Below are positions 41,453 to 49,323 of a DNA stretch of 64,000 bases, piece by piece (position 1 is the first letter of the stretch; each line of letters opens with the position of its first letter). The DNA is from Pseudomonadota bacterium (GTDB taxonomy: Bacteria; Desulfobacterota; Desulfobacteria; Desulfobacterales; RPRI01), in NCBI GenBank assembly GCA_043825875.1, contig JBDRRF010000076.1, positions 128,001 to 192,000 of the forward strand. Direction: 5' to 3'. The translations under genes and the position numbers were made by a program. Below the pieces are notes generated by a model. The model saw nothing but the letters and a program-made list of their open reading frames with translations. It did not search any database and had not been told where the DNA came from.

Positions 41453-41734
41453 ATGAATAAAAATTCCAACGATCTTCTACAAAAAACAACTATAGTAAAC
41501 GAACTTGGACTACATGCAAGGGCGGCAGCTAAAATTGCACACCTTGCCGCAAACGCTAATAAAAAAATCTGGATTATAAACGAAAGTGAAAAAATAGACG
41601 CTTCAAGCATAATAGATATCCTTACACTTGGTTATGCCAAGGGTACCCGGATAACATTTGAGGCGGAAAACGAGACTGATATTGATATTTTAAATCATAT
41701 AATAATCCTGGTTGAAAATGGGTTTGGAGAATAA
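41453..41734 (+). CDS. ptsH: Phosphocarrier protein HPr
   Basis: NELGLHARAA; DASSI. Confidence 0.92.
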   Translation: MNKNSNDLLQKTTIVNELGLHARAAAKIAHLAANANKKIWIINESEKIDASSIIDILTLGYAKGTRITFEAENETDIDILNHIIILVENGFGE

Positions 41735-41741
41735 ACTCAAT

Positions 41742-43499
41742 ATGTCTGAAAAAGAAAATATAGAAGAAATAAGATTAAACGGAATTGAAGCTTCACCCGG
41801 AATCTGTATTGGCAAAGCATATCTTGTTGATAAAGAAGGTGTGGATGTAGTTGAAAAATATTTTATCGACAAGAAAAACCTGGATCATGAACTAAAGCGC
41901 TTTAAAACAGCGGTAAAACAGGCTGTTAATGACTTAAAACAAATAATCGAAAATATACCTAAGGAAGTGCGCAACCATACCGGTATCATTGAAACCCATG
42001 TTGCTCTTCTTAAAGACAGGAAACTCTATGATAAAACCATAGAAACTATAAAAAACGAAAGAGTTAATGCTGAATGGGCGCTTAAAAAGGTTGTAGCAGG
42101 CATCATGGTGATGTTCCAGAGCATAAATGATCCTTATCTTAAGGAACGGTCTAATGATATTTCTTATGTTTCAGATCGTATTGTGAAAAAACTGATGGGA
42201 TCTGAAGAAGTAAATATCGGCAAAATAGACAAGCGCGTCATTCTGGTTGCAAAAGATCTTTCACCTGCCGATACAAGCCAGATCCAGTTGGATAAAATTA
42301 TGGGTTTTATTACCGACCGTGGCGGTAAGACTTCTCACACAGGAATCATAGCCCGTACACTTGAAATACCTGCTGTTCTCGGCTTGGGTAGTGCTACAAA
42401 AATAATACATAATGATGATACGTTAATAATAGACGGATCAACAGGGGTTGTAATTGTAAATCCCTCGGAACAAACACTTAAGAAATATAAAGAGATTGAA
42501 ACCAGAGAAGAAGAGCATAAAGTACATTTATCGTTTGAAAGCCATTTTAAGGCAGAGACTATCGATGGGTTTTCTCTGCCGGTTATGGGGAACATAGAGC
42601 TTCCTGAAGAAGTTCCTTCAGTGCTGAACCATGGTGGTGATGGCATAGGGCTTTACAGAACCGAATTTCAATATCTTACACGAAGCGATTTTCCAAGCGA
42701 GGAAGAGCTTTTTGATAAGTACAAAAATGTTGTTGAGTCGATAGCTCCGAAACCGGTGACAATCCGTACGCTTGACATAAACGGGGATAAAGCGCTTGTA
42801 TCTTCCAATGGTTTTGACGAACCAAACCCTGCTCTTGGACTTCGTGCTATAAGATACTGTCTGGAACGGCCTGAAATTTTTATAACACAATTAAAAGCAA
42901 TATTAAGAGCCGCTGCTTTTGGAAATGTGAGAATCCTGTTTCCAATGATATCAGGCATTGATGAAATACGCGAAACAAAAAAATACCTTAATGAAGCTGC
43001 TGATCTGCTTGAAAAAGAAGGAAAGGCTTATAATAAAAACATCCCGTTCGGAATAATGATTGAAGTACCATCCACAGTTATAATGGCCGATGCTATGGCC
43101 GATGAAGCTGATTTTTTCAGTATTGGTACAAATGACCTTATCCAATATACTCTTGCGATAGACAGGGTTAATATGGGAGTCGCCCACCTTTATCAACCCT
43201 TTCACCCTGCTATTTTACGCATGATCAAGCACGTAACTGATGTTTGCAAAGCAAAAGGCATAAAGGTTTTTGTATGCGGGGAAATGGCAGGTGATCCTTT
43301 GAATGTGCCGGTTCTGCTCGGGTTGGGAATAGACGGACTGAGTATGAATCCCCAGTCAATTCCGGCAGTAAAAAATATGATACGATCACTAAAGATCGAG
43401 GATACAAAAATATTTATGAAAGAAATTCTTAATAAGACCACCACAAATGACGTAGCAAAACTTGTTGAAGCCTCTTTCGGAAACATTATTTCAAAATAG
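41742..43499 (+). CDS. ptsI: PTS enzyme I
   Basis: GGKTSHTGI, GIGLYRTEF, SIGTNDL, CGEMAG. Confidence 0.95.
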   Translation: MSEKENIEEIRLNGIEASPGICIGKAYLVDKEGVDVVEKYFIDKKNLDHELKRFKTAVKQAVNDLKQIIENIPKEVRNHTGIIETHVALLKDRKLYDKTIETIKNERVNAEWALKKVVAGIMVMFQSINDPYLKERSNDISYVSDRIVKKLMGSEEVNIGKIDKRVILVAKDLSPADTSQIQLDKIMGFITDRGGKTSHTGIIARTLEIPAVLGLGSATKIIHNDDTLIIDGSTGVVIVNPSEQTLKKYKEIETREEEHKVHLSFESHFKAETIDGFSLPVMGNIELPEEVPSVLNHGGDGIGLYRTEFQYLTRSDFPSEEELFDKYKNVVESIAPKPVTIRTLDINGDKALVSSNGFDEPNPALGLRAIRYCLERPEIFITQLKAILRAAAFGNVRILFPMISGIDEIRETKKYLNEAADLLEKEGKAYNKNIPFGIMIEVPSTVIMADAMADEADFFSIGTNDLIQYTLAIDRVNMGVAHLYQPFHPAILRMIKHVTDVCKAKGIKVFVCGEMAGDPLNVPVLLGLGIDGLSMNPQSIPAVKNMIRSLKIEDTKIFMKEILNKTTTNDVAKLVEASFGNIISK

Positions 43500-43600
43500 G
43501 ATAAAATCGGCACAATTTAAATTATTTGGAAATATACGGATTGTGACAAATCATAAAGCAGGAGCTGTAAAACCGGAATTTAAGCATTTGGAAGAAATCA

Positions 43601-44059
43601 TTGGAAAATACCCGCAATAAAAATATCTCAGAAAACAGAAAAGCACGGCATGACTATTTCATTGAAGATGAATATGAAGCAGGCATGGTTCTTCTTGGAA
43701 CCGAAGTTAAATCTCTAAGGCTTGGCCGGGCAAACCTCAAGGATTCATACGCAAAAATTAAAAACGGAGAGATTTTTGTTCATCAAATGCATATAGGCCC
43801 CTGCCCATTCGCTTATTATGCAAATCATGATCCGTTGAGAATAAGAAAACTTCTATTAAACAGGCAGGAGATAAACAAGCTTACAAACAAGGTAAACGAA
43901 AAAGGACACTCCCTGATTCCTTTAAGGTTATATTTCAAAAACGGAAAAGTAAAAATTTCAATCGCACTCGCCAAAGGCAAAAGACAATACGATAAGCGGG
44001 AAGCTATCAAAAAACGCGATGAAAAAAGGGAAATGGATAGAGATAGAAGCGAAAGATAG
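43601..44059 (+). CDS. smpB: SsrA-binding protein
   Basis: NRKARHDY, GTEVKSLR, RKLLL, KGKRQYDKRE. Confidence 0.96.
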   Translation: MENTRNKNISENRKARHDYFIEDEYEAGMVLLGTEVKSLRLGRANLKDSYAKIKNGEIFVHQMHIGPCPFAYYANHDPLRIRKLLLNRQEINKLTNKVNEKGHSLIPLRLYFKNGKVKISIALAKGKRQYDKREAIKKRDEKREMDRDRSER

Positions 44060-44221
44060 CCTCTATTTGTGCACAGCAATTCCCGGTGGAATAATAAACT
44101 GTCTAATATAACCATCCAAAACAAAACTGAAATTAAAGACTATAAAGATTGCTGATTTCGGGAAATTTTGCTTGACTTTATAGCCATTCTTTATTAGATA
44201 AACAATTCTTTAAAAGACTGA

Positions 44222-44297
44222 TCCCCAGTAGCTCAGCAGGTAGAGCAAGTGGCTGTTAACCACTTTGTCCGCGGTTCGAGTCCGTGCTGGGGAGCCA
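44222..44297 (+). tRNA. tRNA-Asn(GTT)
   Basis: 76-nt cloverleaf TCCCCAG...CTGGGGA-GCCA; anticodon loop CTGTTAA; GGTTCGAGTCC T-arm. Confidence 0.97.
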
Positions 44298-44305
44298 AAC
44301 AAATC

Positions 44306-44343
44306 AAGGGCTTAGATAAGTTTTAAATCTAAGCCTTTTTTTA
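44306..44343 (+). terminator. Element-supplied tRNA terminator
   Basis: AAGGGCTTAGAT...ATCTAAGCCTTTTTTT. Confidence 0.7.
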
Positions 44344-44363
44344 TTCCCCACGTTATTCCCCAC
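44342..44363 (+). repeat. Integrase arm-type sites (left)
   Basis: TATTCCCCAC twice, 12-bp period; the same pair is at 52386-52407. Confidence 0.75.
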
Positions 44364-44450
44364 ATTTTAACTTGAAAATAAAAAAAGGCGGATGAAATCA
44401 CCCGCCCCCTTAAATTCTTTCAAAAGCCTTTCCGGATCTTTACGCTTATT

Positions 44451-44945
44451 TTATAATGCTTTTGGTGTATTCTTCCGCCGCATTCGAAAATCATCTAAAT
44501 TTAATACCGGTTCTTTTATTTTCAAATCCTCAATTTCAATCAACAAACTATCAAAGTCTTTTAGTAAAATTTGGCAAGCTGCAACGGGTGAAATGTCTTT
44601 TTCTGCTAAATCGTTCATTCTATTTATAATGCCATTAAGAAATTTATATTTATTTAAAACTTCCGCTGAAAAAAGCGGGCCATTTCGACGCATCTTTATG
44701 GCTGCAATTATATCTTTAAAAAACATGTTTGAGTATCTATCCCGCTCGGTTCGGATATTTTTTACATAATTACGATAGGTTTTTAACGTCGATTCTTTTA
44801 ATGGTTTCCCGTACTTGCTAACATGGTTTTTAAGCTTCTTTTTTATATTGATATATTTATTGATAACGTTCGTTCGGTAGTAATGTAATTTATGTTTAAG
44901 CTCAGCTTCAAGCTCATTTAAATCCATACTTTGATATTGTTTCAT
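44451..44945 (-). CDS. Hypothetical basic protein downstream of the c4-like RNA
   Basis: 164-aa ORF with G-rich RBS. Confidence 0.7.
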   Translation of the reverse strand: MKQYQSMDLNELEAELKHKLHYYRTNVINKYINIKKKLKNHVSKYGKPLKESTLKTYRNYVKNIRTERDRYSNMFFKDIIAAIKMRRNGPLFSAEVLNKYKFLNGIINRMNDLAEKDISPVAACQILLKDFDSLLIEIEDLKIKEPVLNLDDFRMRRKNTPKAL

Positions 44946-44961
44946 ATCTTACCCCCCCCTT

Positions 44962-45042
44962 AAAATAAAAAAGCCTGAAGGCGTCCCCGGTCCAGAGAAC
45001 CGCTCACAATATCACTATTGCAAGTACCTTCAGGCTTATTTT
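44962..45042 (-). ncRNA. c4-antisense-like three-way-junction RNA
   Basis: 11-bp closing stem AAGCCUGAAGG/CCUUCAGGCUU plus U tail; GUGA-tetraloop hairpin; CGGUUC-UCU-GGACCG hairpin; complementary CCCC...CCAGAGA upstream. Confidence 0.65.
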
Positions 45043-45121
45043 TAATATTTGTTTTCATGTCTCTGGCTTTGGGGTTTTTATATACTTATATACGTGTATA
45101 AGCATTGTCAAGCATTATTTA

Positions 45122-45150
45122 TTGACTTTTAAGTTTTAAATCCATATAAA
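45122..45150 (+). promoter_or_regulatory. sigma70 promoter, probably leaderless, for the RHH gene
   Basis: TTGACT-N17-TATAAA with ATG 7 nt after the -10; divergent TTGACA at 45111-45106. Confidence 0.6.
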
Positions 45151-45157
45151 AAAAGTT

Positions 45158-45322
45158 ATGAAAGAACGAAAACCCTTCACAACAAGTTTAAACATATTGC
45201 TACTTAAAGATATTAAGAAGCTTGCAATTGACCATGACAAAGGTGTTAATGATCTTCTCGAAGAAGCTATCCGGGATATTCTAAAAAAGTATGAATTACA
45301 GTCTCAAAAACCCACCAAATAG
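45158..45322 (+). CDS. Ribbon-helix-helix protein (54 aa, absent from the ORF track)
   Basis: MKERKPFTTSLNILLLKDIKKLAIDHDKGVNDLLEEAIRDILKKY. Confidence 0.8.
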   Translation: MKERKPFTTSLNILLLKDIKKLAIDHDKGVNDLLEEAIRDILKKYELQSQKPTK

Positions 45323-45478
45323 CATAACCTATTAACTAATTGAAATTGCTTATAATATCGGCTTAATTAGAGTCGTTTACAGCGTACTTTATGAAAAAGA
45401 CATGGTTTAGCATGCCTCGTTTACGGCCGTTTTTCAGTTTTGAACCCGGATTGCTACGCTTTACCCCAAAAACAGCTT

Positions 45479-45522
45479 GGGTCCTTCCAGAGGTCTTTCG
45501 ATATTAGGGGTAATTCGCACCC
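45479..45522 (+). other. cos-like site B
   Basis: GGGTCCT-N17-ATTAGGGGTAATTCGCACCC. Confidence 0.6.
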
Positions 45523-45579
45523 GTCTATTTTTCTACATGTGATGATTTTTCATAAGTACCTAATACCATGACATAATCA

Positions 45580-45933
45580 TTAATCCCCAAATTTAAAAAA
45601 ACCCAGATCATCATCTGGATCATCATCAACGTCATCATCCGGATCATCATCAAAGCCAAATTTGTTTATATTTACAGATAGTTCAGGATAATCATAAACA
45701 AAATCTATACACGAATTATTTTGTTTTGGCTGTTTCCGGTTTAACAGAAAGCTTTTGCGGCCCCACTCCTGCAAAGCAACTTCAAGATCAATTTTCTTTA
45801 CATTTTTTATATTAACAATAGAGTGGCTTAACTTGCCGGATTTAATCGCGGCGGAGATCCTTTGCCGTGATACTCCTATCAGCCTGGCAAATTGGCTGTT
45901 GGTTATAAAGATTCTATCTTTTTTTCGTGGCAT
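45580..45933 (-). CDS. Small-terminase (Nu1/Rpp)-like winged-HTH protein with acidic tail
   Basis: TNSQFARLIGVSRQRISAAIKSGKL...KIDLEVALQEW; lies between two cos-like sites. Confidence 0.6.
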   Translation of the reverse strand: MPRKKDRIFITNSQFARLIGVSRQRISAAIKSGKLSHSIVNIKNVKKIDLEVALQEWGRKSFLLNRKQPKQNNSCIDFVYDYPELSVNINKFGFDDDPDDDVDDDPDDDLGFFKFGD

Positions 45934-46014
45934 GGCATAACTTTTAAAAACTGCTGTTGTTTTTTCTTTAAAATTACAACCCGATTTTGTAACTTTGTGT
46001 CTAAAAAAAGGGCA

Positions 46015-46058
46015 GGGTGCGAATTACCCCTAATGGAAAAAAACTTTTAGGAGGACCC
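46015..46058 (-). other. cos-like site A (upstream of the terS-like gene)
   Basis: Minus strand GGGTCCT-N17-ATTAGGGGTAATTCGCACCC; identical blocks to site B, different spacer. Confidence 0.6.
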
Positions 46059-46071
46059 GCACCTTTTCCGG

Positions 46072-46818
46072 TTAACTTGCGCTTAAAGTTTCAAGGTATT
46101 GGTCATGCAATTCCGGTTGATCATGTATAACGGCACGAACAGCCTGTGCCATTGACATGTTATGTTCCGAAGAATACTGATTAACCGCTTCCATAAATGG
46201 CTCTGTCGTATGTTCTACCTTTGCCATAGGTTCACTCTTTGGCGCCTTGGCTTCATCTATCAGGTTGTTAACGTATGATTCATGCAGATCCGGGTTTTCT
46301 TCTGACACGGCACGAACAGCCTGTGCCATTGACAAGTTATGTTCTGAAGCATACTGATTAACAACGTCCATAAAAGATAGTTTGGTTTCTGTCTGGACTG
46401 AAGCTTTGCCTTCCTCTTTTTGTTTGAGACAGATATGATCCGTCCAAAGTTTCGGATATAGCTCTTGACATCTAAGCGTTGCTACGCCCTTTGATTGTTC
46501 TTGGTGTTCCCACTGATACCTTGAAACAGCCGCCTCAAAAGTCAAAGGGATTCCACCCGGGACACCTTGCTTGCCTGTATCCTTTACTTCTTCAGGCTCA
46601 ACGGCTGCATCTGTGCTTATTAAATGGTTAAAATAACTCTCACCGTTTGGGAATTGTTTCTGAAGCTCTTTATCGCGGAAAAACTCACGATCTGCACTTA
46701 TTTTTAGCAGTAATTCTGACCCTTTAATCTCGCTCGGTTCCCCATTTTCCAGAATATGCCGATAAAAGCTTAATGCTTCCATTGTGTTTTCTGCAGGACT
46801 CAAATTATTATCCATCAT
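46072..46818 (-). CDS. Hypothetical protein with 2-3 helical repeats resembling a phage scaffold C-terminus
   Basis: FMDVVNQYASEHNLSMAQAVRAV..NPDLHESY and FMEAVNQYSSEHNMSMAQAVRAV..QPELHDQY. Confidence 0.7.
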   Translation of the reverse strand: MMDNNLSPAENTMEALSFYRHILENGEPSEIKGSELLLKISADREFFRDKELQKQFPNGESYFNHLISTDAAVEPEEVKDTGKQGVPGGIPLTFEAAVSRYQWEHQEQSKGVATLRCQELYPKLWTDHICLKQKEEGKASVQTETKLSFMDVVNQYASEHNLSMAQAVRAVSEENPDLHESYVNNLIDEAKAPKSEPMAKVEHTTEPFMEAVNQYSSEHNMSMAQAVRAVIHDQPELHDQYLETLSAS

Positions 46819-46829
46819 AACCCCCTTTA

Positions 46830-47384
46830 TTAAATAAAATGTGAATGTTCGAATTTTCTAAAGACGTCATTCATTTTAAATCGCATGTTTGCATCAAGCC
46901 CGGAAAGTGCGTTGGTACTATCGGGCAAGCATTCATCCTGAATAATTTTTGCCATGGTTTTAAAAGCTGTTTGACGCTCTTTAATGAACTCGTTTATTTC
47001 ATCCACGAGCAAATCGCCATGAGGAAGAAGCCGGTCAGTCAACTTTTTTAAGATTTGCTGATTGATTTCAAAAATCTGCTGTTCGATTGGTTTTATCTGT
47101 GAGTCAATTTCTTCGGGAATGTCTTCATACTGCGGAAGTAATTCAAGGATACCGGTCAGCTTTTTCTGGATTTCGGGAACCTTGGCATCATTGCCATCGA
47201 CAAGAAGATCTTTTATTTGTTTTTTCAAGTCTTCTGCCTGCTTCTCATATCCAAGAATAGTGTCCTCAACTTTCTTCTTCCGCTCCATAATCTGCTCTTT
47301 GTTTTTGATAAGCACCTGTTTTTGTTCAAGTTCAGTTTTTACTGCTTCAATACATTGGTCCAGACAGCTGTTCTCTTTCTCCAT
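46830..47384 (-). CDS. Coiled-coil hypothetical protein
   Basis: RBS AGGAG; E/K/Q-rich heptad pattern. Confidence 0.75.
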   Translation of the reverse strand: MEKENSCLDQCIEAVKTELEQKQVLIKNKEQIMERKKKVEDTILGYEKQAEDLKKQIKDLLVDGNDAKVPEIQKKLTGILELLPQYEDIPEEIDSQIKPIEQQIFEINQQILKKLTDRLLPHGDLLVDEINEFIKERQTAFKTMAKIIQDECLPDSTNALSGLDANMRFKMNDVFRKFEHSHFI

Positions 47385-47423
47385 GGTCCAATTCTCCTAT
47401 TTTGTGTAATGGTTATTAAAATT

Positions 47424-47497
47424 TTGCCGTGTGAATGTGCCGACCGGAAAGGGTTTCGGTTGCCGGGCCTCACGGTTGCCGGATTCACACGGGCAAA
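47424..47497 (-). ncRNA. Three-way-junction structured RNA
   Basis: UGCCCGUGUGAAU/AUUCACACGGCA closing stem; CC-GUGA-GG hairpin; ACCGAAA-CCC-UUUCCGGU hairpin. Confidence 0.55.
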
Positions 47498-47727
47498 CTG
47501 TTTAAAGCTGTATTTGCTAAACTTATTAAAAAATTAACGTGATTTATTTCTTCTTGGTAATCATGCTTTAGCTTTTCTCTTTTCTTAAATTCTTTATAAT
47601 CAAGATATCCGCTCGGCAATTCAGAAAGCTTTGCTCTGGCATCTGCAATCCGCTTGTTATAATTTTCAAGATCAAGAACTGCTTCTTGTGTTAATTGTTC
47701 AGAAGTATAAAAAATAGTATTCGACAT
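47485..47727 (-). CDS. Small hypothetical protein
   Basis: Likely start MSNTIFY; helical; stop codon lies inside the RNA stem. Confidence 0.55.
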   Translation of the reverse strand: MSNTIFYTSEQLTQEAVLDLENYNKRIADARAKLSELPSGYLDYKEFKKREKLKHDYQEEINHVNFLISLANTALNSLPV

Positions 47728-47789
47728 TTTTACTTTTATCTTTTTTGTTTTTAAAAAAACACACAAGTGTGAATCTGGAAGATTCGCAC

Positions 47790-47957
47790 CCTTCTTAAGA
47801 CCTTCTTAAAAACATACTTATAATACCTTCTTAGGGGGGAATTTTTTCCCATGTTTTGGAAAAAATCTCCCATGTTCAGGGAAAATTTTCCCGTCATTAC
47901 GGGGAATTTTTTCCCATGCTCTTTTTTGATCTTATTTATTACAGGGAATTTTTTCCC
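47790..47957. repeat. Putative replication origin with five iterons
   Basis: GGGAA-N4-TTCCC-type 14-mers at 47837, 47858, 47879, 47902 and 47944; CCTTCTTA x3 at 47790-47833. Confidence 0.8.
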
Positions 47958-47968
47958 ATAAAAAAGCA

Positions 47969-48685
47969 TCATACCGCCACCCGATCTCTTAACTTTTGGT
48001 TTAAATAACCCGGCTTCCAATGCTTTTTTGGAATAAGAAAAACCCGCCAAACTCTTTCGCCTTCATAGGTATCATATGGTTCAATTAAAAAGTTCTTTTG
48101 AAGGCTTTTTATAGCATCCCCCACACTTCGCCTGTTGATTCCGGCAAATTCAGCTAACCGCCCAATTTCAGCACTACACAACTCCCAGCGTCGTTTTGCA
48201 AAACGCTCTTTGAACTCAAGGTTATCATATTCAACGTTCTCATCTTCTTCGGCATCATAATATGAGAAATATCTCATTACTGGATAAAGTGCTTTTGCTG
48301 TTGGTTTGAGTTCTGACCATGTGCCGCTTCTAATAATCCCATTATAAAAGAAGAACGACCGGCCATTTTCACCCTTTTGAGGAAATTTCAATTTATAGTA
48401 CTTACCCCGTTTTCCGTGCCGGGTCAGAAAATACTCCCATGTAAACCCAGGAAAACCGTCAAGGTCTTTAATACCTTGCCGTACGGTTTTAATATCTAAG
48501 CGCGATAGTGCAGCAATTGTTTCTTGACCCGGAAATGCTTTACCGTGTTCATCACAATGACAAGCAATTACAGGAAGAACCGCCTTTGCTGCTGTTGATA
48601 TATTTGACCAGTTCATATTCTCGTTCCATCTTTTATCGAAACGAAAAAACAGCGTCCAATCAATATCAGCCGAAAAATGATACAT
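47969..48685 (-). CDS. Replication initiator-like protein with tandem winged-HTH domains
   Basis: WSNISTAAKAVLPVI...AFPGQETIA..TVRQGIKDL and WSELKPTAKALYPVM...LAEFAGINRRSVGDAIKSL; adjacent to iterons; ATG 48685 after TGTGAGG. Confidence 0.75.
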   Translation of the reverse strand: MYHFSADIDWTLFFRFDKRWNENMNWSNISTAAKAVLPVIACHCDEHGKAFPGQETIAALSRLDIKTVRQGIKDLDGFPGFTWEYFLTRHGKRGKYYKLKFPQKGENGRSFFFYNGIIRSGTWSELKPTAKALYPVMRYFSYYDAEEDENVEYDNLEFKERFAKRRWELCSAEIGRLAEFAGINRRSVGDAIKSLQKNFLIEPYDTYEGERVWRVFLIPKKHWKPGYLNQKLRDRVAV

Positions 48686-48725
48686 TATTATCGCCCTCAC
48701 AGCGCAACCGCCCCACAAGAAGTAA

Positions 48726-48787
48726 TCGGAAGAGAAACGAGGTGTGAGGTTCCTTGCCTATCGGCGCGCGCCGCCTATCTCTTCCGA
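48726..48787 (-). ncRNA. Structured RNA motif (int-alpA-like), copy upstream of rep
   Basis: UCGGAAGAGA/UCUCUUCCGA stem; UAGG-hairpin-CCGAUAGG; loop CCUCACA complementary to the rep RBS. Confidence 0.65.
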
Positions 48788-48928
48788 AATTCAAAATCTG
48801 CAACTGGTTTTTGTTTTGGTTATTAAATGCGTCAAGTGAACGGTTTGAGCAACCCTGGGACATAGTATCAGGCTGACACATGCCGGAAGCTGAAAACCCG
48901 CTTCTTAGAACCTCTGGTGGCTTCATGC

Positions 48929-49126
48929 TTATGCACTCAACGACTTTTCAGGATCAATCCGGTGTGAGTCTATAAAAGACTCAATATCTTTAAGCCGGTA
49001 TCTGACAGAACGCCCGATTTTAATAAATGGAAGTCCACGGCTCATAAAACGATCATTTCGTAAAGTGAATACGCTTTTACCGATAATTTTTGCTGCTTCT
49101 TTTTCGTTGATAATTCCTAAGCTCAT
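48929..49126 (-). CDS. AlpA/excisionase-like HTH protein
   Basis: INEKEAAKIIGKSVFTLRNDR...GLPFIKIGRSVRYRLKDI; RBS AGGAG. Confidence 0.88.
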   Translation of the reverse strand: MSLGIINEKEAAKIIGKSVFTLRNDRFMSRGLPFIKIGRSVRYRLKDIESFIDSHRIDPEKSLSA

Positions 49127-49323
49127 ATTTACTCTCCTTTTTTCAATGTACTTCTTTTAAAAAACAAAAAAGCCACAAGATTATTTATCCTGTAGCTATA
49201 GAGTACTACTATTTTTTTCTAAGTCAATTATTTAAAATGATTATAGGAAGTTAGCTGATATTTTAAACTTTAGAATATCAGCTTTTCTTTTGATAAATAA
49301 GAGGGTTTTACAGTTATTAAAGT

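Noticed and set aside
44060..44221. tmRNA (ssrA) next to smpB
   Set aside because: No tmRNA-like 5' end or tag reading frame seen; the RNA gene here is tRNA-Asn
47751..48050. 99-aa ORF with GKKFP repeats
   Set aside because: The repeats are translated iterons; no independent coding evidence, although a short coupled ORF cannot be excluded
48666..48926. 86-aa ORF between alpA and rep
   Set aside because: No recognisable domain or clear RBS, and it runs through the RNA motif; possibly a leader ORF but not supportable as a protein
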